Assembly (NCBI RefSeq): GCF_030684315.1
Contig: NC_081395.1
Span: 6,121,858-6,185,857, forward strand
DNA from: Stegostoma tigrinum
Taxonomy: Eukaryota
Direction of reading: 5' to 3'
DNA length: 64,000 nucleotides
The translations under genes and the position numbers were made by a program. The notes under the pieces were generated by a model that had not been told where the DNA came from, searched no databases, and saw nothing but the letters and a program-made list of their open reading frames with translations. Positions 23,866-36,531 of this stretch are shown piece after piece. The first letter of the stretch is position 1. The number at the start of each line of letters is the position of its first letter.

Positions 23866-24066
23866 TGTGAAGCTGGATGAACACAGCAGGCCAAGCAGCA
23901 TCTTAGGAGCAGAAAAGCTGACGTTTCGGGCACAGACCCTTCATCAGAGGTCTAGGCCCGAAACGTCAGCATTTGTGCCCCTGAGATGCTGCTTGGCCTG
24001 CTGTGTTCATCCAGCCCCACACTTTGTTATCTTGGATTCCCCAGCATCTGCAGTTCCCATTATGTC
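23866..24066. mobile_element. Fold-back mini-element (family A) with intact hammerhead core on minus strand
   Basis: Minus 23947-23920: CUGAUGA-A-GGG-ucugug-CCC-GAAA-CG-UC; plus arm agggtctaggcccgaaacgtcagc; about 45-nt tail. Confidence 0.85.
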
Positions 24067-24728
24067 AGGAGATGGAACCCTGTCTGCTCTCTGCACTATA
24101 ATATACAGATACCCTGCCCCAGGTCAATATCACACAACTCCAGCTCCTGGTGCACGAGGCTGAATAAATCAAAGGCTCCAGCCTGCAGGGTGACACCAGT
24201 CACACACCAGGTACTAACTACACTTCCCAAACACTGCTGAGCTCGGCAGTAACGGCGGTGGGGGGGGTGGGGGGTGGTACAAGTGTTATGTTGCATTAAT
24301 CACAAAAATGTTAATATACAGATGCAGCAAGTGATGAGGAAGGCAAATGGAACGTTATTTATTGCAGGTGAATGAAACATTGTGGTAGGGAGATTTTACA
24401 GAGCCTCAGGAATACTGAATCTGACGTATTGTACACTAGTTTCCTTACTTGAAAAGACTTTTATTTATATAATGCTCTTAAGTGCTGTTGGAGTGCCCCT
24501 ATCTGTAACACTAGAAGGCCAAGATTCAAGTTCCCACCTGCTCCAGAAAAGGTGTCAGGTTGATTTTTTAAAAACCCTAAAAGTTGTGTTAAAAGCAGTT
24601 CAGAGGATGCTGTTTCGACTGCTACCATCGATGAAGGGTTTATGAGAAGAGTTTGGTCAGGCCTGCATGCATTGGAATTTAGAAAAATGAGAGGGTGATC
24701 TTAGTGAAACAAACGAGATCCTGAAGGA

Positions 24729-24856
24729 AAAAAAAACCAAGCTCTCTGGATACTGGAAATCAAAACAAAACCAAATTGCTGGAGAAACTGAGCAGGTCCA
24801 GCAGCATCTGCGGAGAGAAAGAGTGAACATTTCTAGTCCAGTGACCCTTCTTCAGA
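24729..24856 (-). mobile_element. Hammerhead-motif mini-element (family B), single arm, inserted in CR1 remnant
   Basis: Minus strand ctgaagaagggtcactggactagaaatgttc...; flanking agatcctgaa at 24716-24725 and 24854-24863. Confidence 0.65.
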
Positions 24857-25347
24857 TCCTGAAAGAACCTGGTAGGGTCAATGCTGAAAGAATGGTCCCC
24901 TTCGTAGGAGAAACCAGAACCAGGGACATCAATCAAGGCTAAAACGAAAATGAGGAATTTCTTCTGGGGTCAAAGGCAAGTGTGTGGACTGTGGCTGGCT
25001 CATTGAATGTACTCAAGGCTGAGTTAGATTTCTGTTTGGAGGGGTTGAGGGTCTTTTTGTTTTAGCGAGAGTGCGCTGGTGAAGTGGTCCATGAGGTACA
25101 GCAGGGTTTAATGACCCACACCAGCTCCAATAATTCCTACATCCTTTCTCTTTCAGAGGAAATCAAATAGATCCACCACCACAATGTCATCCTTCCACCC
25201 ATCAATTGAAATCAAAACCTCTGACCTACTGGATCTGAAACAGCCAGCCCAATGGGCTGTTGGTGATCCCCTAATATCACTGGTTGGCCTGAGTGTGTCT
25301 GATTAATAAAGAGCCACAGAGGAATTTAAAATGGAAGCATCAAGTAT

Positions 25348-25353
25348 TTTATT
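25348..25353 (-). terminator. Candidate polyadenylation signal of the ADSS gene
   Basis: AATAAA on the minus strand about 1.85 kb past the stop, in non-repetitive AT-rich sequence; a second candidate lies at 26031-26036. Confidence 0.4.
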
Positions 25354-27200
25354 ACATCCAAGTGCATAGATAAAAGTTAGAGGAGAGTCATAAACAGACA
25401 TTTGTACAATACAAACCATCCTCATGACAGTCTCACTCACCCATGGAACTGTCTTAACACCAAAACATTTAGCCCTCATTCAGTTTCTTGGAAAATAACA
25501 TTCCATAATATAAAATGACAATTTCAGAGAATATGCTGCTTTAAACATATTCACATACACACCTCTGATTTCACTTCTCTCATTTTGGCAATTACAAACC
25601 CATGGAGCTTAAGCAACCTCGTGAAGAACACCCCTCTCTCCAAAATGCCCCTTAAACCCTACTCTTTGACCCAGCTCTCCACTGCCTGCTCCTACCCAAT
25701 GACGTGGCTCAGCACCAGGTTTGTCAGGTACTCAGGTCCCCTCTGGGATGTTTCACCACACCTGAGGCGCTACATAAATGCAGCCTGTTGACGGCACCAA
25801 ATCAAAGGAGCCTGAGACACATTGGTTCAGTTCCCACTAGGTCTAGTGACTAAGGGGATGGTGGGGGGCGGATTCTAAACAGGGAGACGTGGAGGTGGAT
25901 TTTGGCTTCAGGCTGCCATGACCTGACCTCTCAGAATGGTCGGGTGAAACAGTGGATTCCAAATACTTTTGGTTGAAGGAGCCCTTTACAATTCGGCTAA
26001 TAATCAAGGATTGGGATAATAATACCATTCTTTATTGCTCATTACACAGTGGTGACAGATGTCAGCAAAGTCTTTTAATAATGCTTTCAAAGCAAGTATT
26101 CACTTTCATGCCATTCATAGAGCCTATTCATGTGTATTTGCCCTCCCAGAGGGCAGTTAACCCAGCCCACATTACAGCAGGTACAGTTGGCACTCTATTC
26201 ACACTTACAGCCTGGGAGCTCCTTCACCTACACAAGTGTCAAGGGTGGGTGAGAAGAGTTTTCTCTCTGGGCTGGGGTTGAAGGGGCCACAAGAAATGGC
26301 TGGCATTGACCTCTGGGGTCAGCGCTGGCGCTCAACACGAGAGCCACCAGCCTTAGGAACTGGGTAGAGGCAAAATGAATCTTCACCGACTTTGTCGGGG
26401 TGTAAAAGAAAATCTGTTTACTTATCAGGACACCCCAATTACCACTCAGTTACTTTCTCCTGGTGGCACTGAGGCCCACAGCCGTGCCTGCACACACTGC
26501 AATGGGGCGGCGTTGGCCTCGCGGTTTCAGAGACTCGGATAATGTTCTGGGGACCTGGATTCAAATCCCACCATTGCAGATGGCGGGATTTGAATTCAGT
26601 AAAAATCTGGAGTTAAAATCTAATGATTATGAATGCATTGTTGATTGCTGGAAAAAAAAAACACCATCTGGTTCACTAATGCCCTGGAGGGTTGGAAACT
26701 CATCCTTACCTGGTTTGGTCTACCGGTGACTCCAGACCCACTGTTAACTGCCCACTGGGCAATTAGGGATGGGCAATAAATGCTGTCTAGTTAATCACCT
26801 CCATAAACAAACCTATGAATTAATGTTTTAATTAAAATAAAAAGGCCAAGATTGACCAGAGACGGGGGGACTGATAGATTTTTGCAGATAACACTTGCGT
26901 CAATGATTGAATTTAAAAATGCAAGAACGAAAATACAGATGTAAGGGTCTCACTCTCCTCTGGACCAGACCCGGGATTGCAAAGCAGCCAACTCTCAAAA
27001 CGTCGACTTTGAGGAATTTGGCAGACAGCAATACTGTAGGGTGCTCAGGGAGAGCCCAGCATCAGCTCAAGATGGGGAAAACATGTTGCGGTCAGTGATG
27101 GGGCAGGAAAGCCTGCAGGAGGGCGAGTGTCAGCCAGTGAGGAGTGGGCCAGGTTGATGTCCTGTCTCTTTCTCTCTCCCACTCTGGGTCGCATTTATCC

Positions 27201-27253
27201 TCAGAAGAGCTGAATCATGGATTCCCGGGCCTGACCGATTCCAATCCATTTAA
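27201..27253 (-). CDS. ADSS: Adenylosuccinate synthetase exon 13 (IKWIGIGQARESMIQLF*)
   Basis: Acceptor gacag|TT; TGA at 27203-27201; conserved RESMIQLF terminus; 53 bp. Confidence 0.92.
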
Positions 27254-27584
27254 CTGTCAGGGGAGAAAAGAGGACAGAGGGTGAAAGGGCGGGGGGTGGT
27301 TTGGGCTAAACACGCGCAGAATTCTCTTCTGACCTCCGACTGAAAACAAATGGAGAGTGAGCCCCTGCCCAGTAACTCAACCAATCACTTCAAACACAAG
27401 GGAATAAAGTTCGGTCCATGTCCCCAAACTTCCTCCCACCCTCAACCTGCTGGAACTAGAGACAATGCCAGTTTCAAGTGCTCCTTGTCCCACTCCAAAC
27501 AGGTTAGTATAGCTCAGGCTCCAAGTGGGTAATCGAATGTTGGGGGAACGAGAAAAATTATCACCAGCCCACTCCCAAACTCAC

Positions 27585-27734
27585 TTGGCACCCCGACATG
27601 CTCCTCGATGAAGTGCACGTAACTCCTGGCGTTCTCAGGCAGCTCACTGAAAGTCCGGGCCCCCTCCGTGCTCCTCTTCCACCCAGCCAGTGTCACGTAC
27701 TCAACCTGCACTTTGTGCAGCATCTCCTGGTTGG
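27585..27734 (-). CDS. ADSS: Adenylosuccinate synthetase exon 12
   Basis: [19 protein letters not shown]...[20 protein letters not shown]; AG/GT ends; 150 bp. Confidence 0.93.
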
Positions 27735-27819
27735 CTGCAGGGAGAGAAAATAAGACTGAAGGTCAGGGAGAGGCCAGCTCATGGTTTCCGCCTACAAAGA
27801 ACAGTCTCACGGACATCAG

Positions 27820-28085
27820 TCCAGAACCAGAGGACACAGTTTAAAAATAAGGGGTAGGCCATTTAGAACAGAGTTGAGGAAACACTTCTTCACCCAGAGA
27901 GTGGTGGATATATGGAATGCTCTGCCCCAGAGGGCAGTGAAGGCCAACTCTCTGGATACTTTCAAGGAAGAGATGGATAGAGCTCTTAAAGATAGTGGAA
28001 TCAAGGGTTATGGGGTAAGGCAGGAACAGGATACTGATGGTGGCTGATCAAGGGCCGAATGGCCTACTCCAGCACCTATTGTCTA
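27820..28085 (+). mobile_element. CR1 LINE 3' fragment
   Basis: SRTRGHSLKIRGRPFRTELRKHFFTQRVVDIWNALP. Confidence 0.85.
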
Positions 28086-28481
28086 TCACAGGTCAAACCA
28101 GACCCACTGCACGCACAGACCACGCAAACATGCCACATACCACCCCCTCACAGACACACACACAATAACTCCCAAAAACAGACCACACCCCTCCCTCTCA
28201 GATACACACACACTGCCCCTCCCCAAAACACACACCACATATCCCACTCAGACCTTCATACATCACCCTTCACCAACACACACATCCGTCACCCACTCCC
28301 CCAGACATTCACCACATTCCTCACCCCCATTGAAAGCCACACCCGATGACAGAAAGCTTTTCTCCTCCGGAGAGAGCCAACAGACTTCAGTTAGTTTTCA
28401 AATTGAATATAGTTCCCAAATCAGTTAGGTACATTCCCGGATGTATGTTTAGTTACCACTACTGGAGTGGCAGTGACCAAC

Positions 28482-28579
28482 CTGGGAAGTAAGGGATGGT
28501 TTTTCCATCCAATTTGTATCCAACACCGACCTTGATCTCTTCGAAAGTGTCGAGTATATCGAGTTTAGTGAGAGCCAGC
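28482..28579 (-). CDS. ADSS: Adenylosuccinate synthetase exon 11
   Basis: [32 protein letters not shown] (TKLD guanine-specificity motif); 98 bp; donor GTTGGT. Confidence 0.93.
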
Positions 28580-28848
28580 CTGAGATGGAGAATAAGCAGC
28601 ACGTCACCCCACCTCAAACCACATTTATACTCATTTAGGCATCTTCAAGTTAGGAAACGATCACAAAGGCGTTCAAAGGCAGGTGAAGAACTACCTCACT
28701 CCAAGCCTCAGCAGGAGATATTGGGAACATGTGACCAAATGAAAAGGAGCATTTTAAAGGAAGGAAGTGAGAGGTATTCAGAGGGAATTCCACAGTTCAG
28801 AAATGCTCAAGAAGCTGCAATTAGGAGTACTAGTTTTCCGAGGGGGAA

Positions 28849-29636
28849 TGGAGGAGGTGACAGAGACAGGGAGGGATGCAGGCAGTTGGAGGAGGTGACA
28901 GAGACAGGGAGGGATGCAGGCATTTGGAGGAGGTGACAGAGACAGGGAGGGATGCAGGCAGTTGGAGGAGGTGACAGAGACAGGGAGGGATGCAGGCATT
29001 TGGAGGTGGTGACAGAGACAGGGAGGGATGCAGGCATTTGGAGGAGGTGACAGAGACAGGGAGGGATGCAGGCATTTGGAGGAGGTGACAGAGACAGGGA
29101 GGGATGCACGCATTTGGAGGAGGTGACAGAGACAGGGAGGGATGCAGGCATTTGGAGGAGGTGACAGAGACAGGGAGGGATGCAGGCATTTGGAGGAGGT
29201 GACAGAGACAGGGAGGGATGCAGGCATTTGGAGGAGGTGACAGAGACAGGGAGGGATGCAGGCATTTGGAGGAGGTGACAGAGACAGGGAGGGATGCAGG
29301 CATTTGGAGGAGGTGACAGAGACAGGGAGGGATGCACGCATTTGGAGGAGGTGACAGAGACAGGGAGGGATGCAGGCATTTGGAGGAGGTGACAGAGACA
29401 GGGAGGGATGCAGGCATTTGGAGGAGGTGACAGAGACAGGGAGGGATGCACGCATTTGGAGGAGGTGACAGAGACAGGGAGGGATGCAGGCATTTGGAGG
29501 AGGTGACAGAGACAGGGAGGGATGCAGGCATTTGGAGGAGGTGACAGAGACAGGGAGGGATGCAGACATTTGGAGGAGGTGACAGAGACAGGGAGGGATG
29601 CAGGCAGTTGGAGGAGGTGACAGAGACAGGGAGGGG
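28849..29636. repeat. 38-bp minisatellite, about 21 near-identical copies
   Basis: ggaggaggtgacagagacagggagggatgcaggcattt; degenerate relatives at about 52003-52230 and (reverse) 59590-59790. Confidence 0.97.
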
Positions 29637-29904
29637 TGTACAGGCTGGAGTTCTTTTTTAGTTCATTCACTTGTGGGACATGAGCCAAACAAGTACTTAT
29701 TGCGCAGTTACAAAGATAGGGAGGGGGTGTATGGACCGGAGGGGGTGACAGATATGGGGAAAGGGGTGTAGGAGCCAGAGAAAGTGACACAGATAAGGGA
29801 GGGGCTGTAGGGGCCAGGGCAAGTGACAGAGATAGGAAGGGGTTGTCGGGGCCGGAGGAGGTGACAGAGATACAGAAGGTGCAACCTAAGAAGAGACCAG
29901 TGCT

Positions 29905-29985
29905 GGGAGGGAGGGAGGGAGGGAGGGAGGGAGGGAGGGAGGGAGGGAGGGAGGGAGGGAGGGAGGGAGGGAGGGAGGGAGGGAG
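29905..29985. repeat. (GGGA)n microsatellite
   Basis: About 20 perfect GGGA units. Confidence 0.97.
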
Positions 29986-30102
29986 AAGAGGACACAAAAC
30001 AGACAGGTCCAATGGGGGGGGGGGAGACACCCAGGAACCGAACCGAATGCAACCACTCCGTTAGTGTGACACGGACGTCCCTGGTGCCTGCTGAGTACTC
30101 AC

Positions 30103-30227
30103 GCAGTGAAGCTGTTAATCATGTGAGCGTATTTCACCAGCATCAGATCCAGCCAGCCACATCGCCTCCTCCTGCCCGTGGTGACTCCAAACTCATGGCC
30201 CCGTTGCTGCAACAGCTCACCCAGCTC
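30103..30227 (-). CDS. ADSS: Adenylosuccinate synthetase exon 10
   Basis: [42 protein letters not shown] (aspartate-binding loop); 125 bp; AG/GT ends. Confidence 0.94.
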
Positions 30228-30359
30228 CTGGGGGAAACACAGCAGGAGGCACCAGTGAGGGAGCAAGGAAACCTGGGGTAAGCTGGATCACCCCTACCCT
30301 GCCCCCTGTCAGTCAGACACAAACCAGCCAGGAGTGACCAGAGGACAGAGGGTACTCAC

Positions 30360-30514
30360 GTCATTCTGCTCTGTGGGAAAGGCACCTACTCCCACCCTAG
30401 TGGTATAAGCTTTCACGACACCGTAAACCTCGCCAATGTTGTGAGGGGGAATCCCCAGTCCGGTGCACACCCCACCCACTGTGCAGTTCGAAGAGGTCAC
30501 AAAAGGATAGGTAC
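30360..30514 (-). CDS. ADSS: Adenylosuccinate synthetase exon 9
   Basis: [21 protein letters not shown]...[20 protein letters not shown]; 155 bp. Confidence 0.95.
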
Positions 30515-30754
30515 CTGCAACACAATACCGATAAATCATGGCTTGGTCACACCCAACTTAGAAAACCTTTTGAAAACAAAGACGTCAGGTCAAGGCGATT
30601 ATCTCTCTCACTCGTCAGGACTGAACTGGAAGAAAACCGACTTCAGTAAGAGAGAACAACAATTTAGACTACACAAGAAGAGAGTGCAAATGGTTAAGCC
30701 ATGGATGGCGTGGCGATCCAGCTGGAGGGAGTGTAGCGGCTGACACAGACAGGG

Positions 30755-32383
30755 ACGGGGTGACAGAGGTAGATGGGGGGGGGGGGGGGGGAGTTGACAG
30801 AGGTAGATGGGGGGGGTGAGAGAGGTAGATGGGGGGGGTGAGAGAGGTAGATGGGGGGGGGTGAGAGAGGTAGATGGGGGGGGGTGAGAGAGGTAGATGG
30901 GGGGGGGTGAGAGAGGTAGATGGGGGGGGGTGAGAGAGGTAGATGGGGGGGGGTGAGAGAGGTAGAGGGGGGGGGGTGAGAGAGGTAGAGGGGGGGGTGA
31001 GAGAGGTAGAGGGGGGGGTGAGAGAGATAGAGGGGGGGGTGAGAGAGATAGAGGGGGGGGTGAGAGAGATAGAGGGGGGGGTGAGAGAGATAGGGGGGGG
31101 GTGAGAGAGATAGAGGGGGGGGTGAGAGAGATAGAGGGGGGGGTGAGAGAGATAGAGGGGGGGTGAGAGAGATAGAGGGGGGGTGAGAGAGATAGAGGGG
31201 GGGTGAGAGAGATAGAGGGGGGGGTGAGAGAGATAGAGGGGGGGGTGAGAGAGATAGAGGGGGGGGTGAGAGAGATAGAGGGGGGGGTGAGAGAGATAGA
31301 GGGGGGGGGTGAGAGAGATAGAGGGGGGGGGTGAGAGAGATAGAGGGGGGGGTGAGAGAGATAGAGGGGGGGGTGAGAGAGATAGAGGGGGGGGTGAGAG
31401 AGATAGAGGGGGGGGGTGAGAGAGATAGAGGGGGGGGTGAGAGAGATAGAGGGGGGGGTGAGAGAGATAGGGGGGGGGTGAGAGAGATAGAGGGGGGGGG
31501 AGAGAGAGATAGAGGGGGGGGTGAGAGAGATAGAGGGGGGGGTGAGAGAGATAGAGGGGGGGGTGAGAGAGATAGAGGGGGGGGTGAGAGAGATAGAGGG
31601 GGGGGAGAGAGAGATAGAGGGGGGGGGTGAGAGAGATAGAGGGGGGGGTGAGAGAGATAGAGGGGGGGGTGAGAGAGATAGAGGGGGGGGTGAGAGAGAT
31701 AGAGGGGGGGGTGAGAGAGATAGAGGGGGGGTGAGAGAGATAGAGGGGGGGTGAGAGAGATAGAGGGGGGGGTGAGAGAGATAGAGGGGGGGGTGAGAGA
31801 GATAGAGGGGGGGGTGAGAGAGATAGAGGGGGGGGTGAGAGAGATAGAGGGGGGGGTGAGAGAGATAGAGGGGGGGGTGAGAGAGATAGAGGGGGGGGGG
31901 TGAGAGAGATAGAGGGGGGGGGGTGAGAGAGATAGAGGGGGGGGGTGAGAGAGATAGAGGGGGGGGGTGAGAGAGATAGAGGGGGGGGGTGAGAGAGATA
32001 GAGGGGGGGGGTGAGAGAGATAGAGTGGGGGGGTGAGAGAGATAGGGGGGGGGGTGAGAGAGATAGAGGGGGGGGGTGAGAGAGATAGAGGGGGGGGGTG
32101 AGAGAGATAGAGGGGGGGGTGAGAGAGATAGAGGGGGGGGTGAGAGAGATAGAGGGGGGGGGTGAGAGAGATAGAGGGGGGGGGTGAGAGAGATAGAGGG
32201 GGGGGGTGAGAGAGATAGAGGGGGGGGGTGAGAGAGATAGAGGGGGGGGGTGAGAGAGATAGAGGGGGGGGTGAGAGAGATAGAGGGGGGGGTGAGAGAG
32301 ATAGAGGGGGGGGGTGAGAGAGATAGAGGGGGGGGGTGAGAGAGATAGAGGGGGGGGGTGAGAGAGATAGAGGGGGGGGTGTA
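30755..32383. repeat. G-rich 20-23 bp minisatellite (gtgagagagatagaG7-10)
   Basis: About 1.6 kb of tandem units differing mainly in G-run length. Confidence 0.97.
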
Positions 32384-32574
32384 GGGGATGGAGGCCATCA
32401 CTGTCGGGATGCTGCAGGAATTGGCTGTGTCCATAACCATGTCCTCAGGGAAAATGATGCGATGTGAGTTGTAGAAGGTAATGGTTTTGGAAGGGTTAAT
32501 GTTTGGGAACTGCATTCAGCTCCACTCAAAACTGATGACATCACAAGGACTTGGGTGGAGATAAGGACAAACAG

Positions 32575-33100
32575 ATTCAGATCTTAGAGTCGGTGATCCT
32601 GCACAGAAACAGGCCCTTTCTCCCACCATGCCTATGCAAACCAATAAAGGCCAAATTACTCTAATCCCATTCACCTGTACTCATTCCACAGCCTACTATG
32701 CCCTGGATTTTAAGTGCTCATCCAGAAGCTTCTTAAATGTTGCAAAAGTAGCGACTTCCATCACCCTCAGCACACTGCATATTTCTACCACCCTCAGATC
32801 TCCTCTAAACCACTTACTCCCCACCTTAAACTTATCCCCTCTGATCTTAGGCATTGGAAAAAGGATCTCAAGATCTACCCTGTCTACGTCGCTCATTATT
32901 TTGTATCAATCCTGCTTCCACCTCCACCCACCTCCCGCAGCCTCCCCTGCTCCAAAGAAAACAAACCCAGCCTGTCCAGTCTCAACCTTTTCATCCCAGG
33001 CAACATCCTGGTGAATCTCCTCCACATCCTCTCCAGTGCTATCATTCCGACAGTGGGACGACCAGGACTGCACACTATTCCATCTGTGGCCTAATCAATC
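32575..33100 (-). mobile_element. Decayed CR1 LINE 3' fragment
   Basis: DRVDLEILFP...KFKVGSKWFRGD...TFKKLLDEH remnant on minus. Confidence 0.7.
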
Positions 33101-35310
33101 TTGTAGGGTCAGGACCTGTACCCTCAGTCTTAGCAAGCACTTATCCTGCTCACACAGCTTGTTGCTGATTGCTACTACACAACAAACTGCAGAAGTTTCT
33201 TCTCTTGGAAGACTCATTGGGTAGGAACAAAACAAAAGCTAACAGTGGTTGGCATCACAGCACAAATCACGTGCTAACAGCAGTGTAACTTTGCTACTTA
33301 ATCCCAGATAGAAACAAAATGGTTTCCAAATAGCTCAACAGCAGAGAATTCCAGTGTACTCAGGAGCAGGAGTGAACATTTACAAGTCTCAGACAGACTT
33401 AAAGTTCTCAAACAGCCTACAGACAGATGCATGGTATGATCCACAATGGAGGAAGTGGACTTTAGCCTTTTAACTCAGACCCAGCAAAGGAAGTGCAGGA
33501 GCAAGCTTGAAGTAAAAAGGTCAGTCATAGCTGGCAGTTACAGATTCAGTCAGGAAGTGAGAATATGTTAAAGGATCAACTAGGAAACAAACAGATGTCA
33601 GTGCTTAGTGGATAAAGTTAGAACTCACTATTGGGCAAGGGGGAGATCTCCAATTGTTTTTAAATCTGTTAATTAACGGGATGAGGGCATCATCATCTAC
33701 GCTCAGTATTTATTGACCATCCCTAGTTGCCCAGAGGGCAGTTCAGAGTCAACCACGCTGCTGTGGTTCTGCAGTCACATGTAGCCAGACTGGGTAAGGA
33801 TGGCAGTTTCCTTCCCTAAAGGACATCAGTGAACCAGATGGGTTTTTCCAATGATTGACAATGGATTCACTGTCATCATTAGACTCTTAACTCCAGATTT
33901 TCTTTTTTATTGAATTCAAATTCCATCATCTGCCCTGGCGGGATTCAAACCCAGGTCCCCAGAACATTACCTGGGTCTCTGGATTAACAGTCTAGTGATA
34001 ACACCACTAAACTATTGCCACAAAATGGGCTGACAAGGCCAAAATTTCAAAAGGGATCCTTGACGCTCACCAGCGTTGCTGCCACAGCAAGAAGACACCA
34101 TTACACACAGCTATAGAGGGTAAATCAAGTCCAAAACACTAACTTAAACTGAAGTCACAGCACCAGTAAGATCACAGATCCAGAATTAAGACAACAAAAC
34201 GGCAATTTAAAAGCCCTGAGCATATAGAGTCTAACAAAAGGATACAGGAAGTATCATGAGACTACATTAAGAGCAGGACAGCCATAGTTTAAACCACGGT
34301 TTGTTAAGGGAACAGGCTTTATTTTGGCAAATTATGCAATGTAATGGCTATCATGTATTAGGCTGTGTAATCCAATTTGCCTGAAATTAAAAGTGTTCAG
34401 TAAATTGGATAAACCTGTGGTGCTATACTGAATAGTTTAAAAGCTTTCAAAGACAAGGAAAATACTATTGCATTGGATTAGTGCTGTTTTAAGTACCTAT
34501 TTAGAAAGAGATTAAAGCAACATTGATATACTGCAAGATTAAAAGAGAAATTGAGAAGCAGCATTGAGACACTGCAGAATGAAAACACTTTAAAAGAGAG
34601 AATCATCAATAAAGACATTAGGAAGAAACAGAAGTAATATTTTCTGTGTGATTTAACATCAGGATCAAACAAAACATCCTGGACATCTTGGAAAGTATAG
34701 ATCCGAAGATACAGAATTGCTTCCCAAGTTTAGGCACTAAATCACAAGCCTACCAAGGACACACTCTATTATATCCAATACTTCCTACATCTTATCACAT
34801 TCTAGCACATCAAGGCATAAAAGAAGGTACCAATACTTAAGTTCCACACACTTTTAGCAGTTCCTTTAACTGACAATGACTTCAATTCTTAACAAGAAAC
34901 TATTTAATTGAATTTTTCAGATGCTGAATCAAAGAGTTCATTTATGATCTCCATAGATTAGTAGAAAACTATAATTATTGGGCTTTGAAATCAGAATTTC
35001 TAAAATATAGGAATGTTGAAATTACTGGCGAACCTTTGTCAGATTTATTACAGTCCAAAGATGATTTGATTTTGGAGAAACCAAAAACAATCTCGGGCAA
35101 GTCCTGAGGGAAGGATGACAACTTGAGGTGAGAGACAGCACTGCGAGGAACTGTGGCTCATGGCAGACAGTCGGATTGGTGTACAGGTAGGGGAGTCACA
35201 CAGCTTTGCCCTCCTCAGAACAGGAAGCGTTAAATGCAGCTCAGCTTGTGCGAGTTTACTGCAGACATGTGGTGTGATTGGAGGGCAGTGTTCATGTTTT
35301 GGCTTCTTAC

Positions 35311-35437
35311 CAAAATCAATGTCCAGGAGCGTGGCGTTTGCACCCTCTACGAGGATCTTCTTTGGCGGTCCATGGAGGGCATTGTACATGAAATAAACCC
35401 CATCCTTCACCAGGGGACGGATTCGCTCAGAGTATTC
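35311..35437 (-). CDS. ADSS: Adenylosuccinate synthetase exon 8
   Basis: [43 protein letters not shown]; 127 bp. Confidence 0.95.
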
Positions 35438-36449
35438 CTGCAGAGGAATTGGGGACACATAGTAAGTAAACAACCCGAACCTCCCTTATCCTACCTGATC
35501 TGTTACTCGGCACTCTCACCTCCCACATCATCCACTGCATTTTGGCAACGGAGAGAATTCCACGTGTTCCTGAAACACGTCCATTCATCAGCTGTCTGCC
35601 AAAACATTCAGCTCCACTTTTCAAATTATTACGTTATACCCACCTCCAACCACTCCATTCTCAGTTCTCTCTTCTCCCACACCACTACACACCCCCAACC
35701 CCACCCCCCCACTCCGCTAAACCCAGAAGATATGCTGTAGCCCTAAGCCATCGAATCATTTTAATATTTCAAACACTTTGATCAGATCAAAGAATCATAC
35801 CACGTCAAAACAGACCCTTCAGTGCAACTAATCCATGCCAACCATAATCCCAAACTAAACTAGTCCCTCCTGCCTGTGAGATTCCCAACCTTTCCTATTC
35901 ATGAACTTAATTGGACTTAAATATTGTAACATTACCTGAATCTATCACTTCCTCTGGCAGGTCATTCCACACACGAACCCACTGTTTAAAACAAAAAAAA
36001 AGTCGCCCTTCACATCCTTTCTAAATCTTTTTCCTCTCACCTTAAAAATATGTTCCCTGGTCTTGAATTCCCCCACCCGAGGGGGAAGACCCTTATCATT
36101 CAGCTCATCAATGTCCCTCACGAGGTCATCTGTCAACTTCCTAAATTCCAGACTGTAAAAATGAGGACATATTTGCCCCTACTGATTTAATATCTCAAAC
36201 TCTCCATTCCAACAATATCCAGGGTCTTCTCTATCCTGAGACCAGGAGCAGTATCCACTCAACTGCCTGAATGCCAAAATGGGGGTGAGGGCTGTGATGA
36301 CAGCTATCTGGAGGCCCCAGGCCACTCTACACTTGACAGAAAACAAGGAAAGAAGAACAGTTTCTGAAAAACAGCTCCAGAATGTCCAAGGACACTCAAG
36401 GAGCGAAGCCCAATCCTTGAAACTCAAGTACAAGCTACACTCAAGTTAC

Positions 36450-36531
36450 CTTCAGTTTGTTCAACTCTCCTTCAATATCGATGTGTAGCATTGGGTACAT
36501 GCTTTTATAGTGATGGGCCAGCCCTCTGAAT
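36450..36531 (-). CDS. ADSS: Adenylosuccinate synthetase exon 7
   Basis: (R)FRGLAHHYKSMYPMLHIDIEGELNKLK; 82 bp; tag|A...AAG|gtaact. Confidence 0.93.

Noticed and set aside
28778-30030. Three overlapping long ORFs (233-407 aa)
   Set aside because: All arise from the 38-bp tandem repeat and (GGGA)n; open in every frame.
30608-32515. 635-aa ORF on minus strand
   Set aside because: Translation of a stop-poor G-rich minisatellite inside an ADSS intron; low-complexity P/S/L product.
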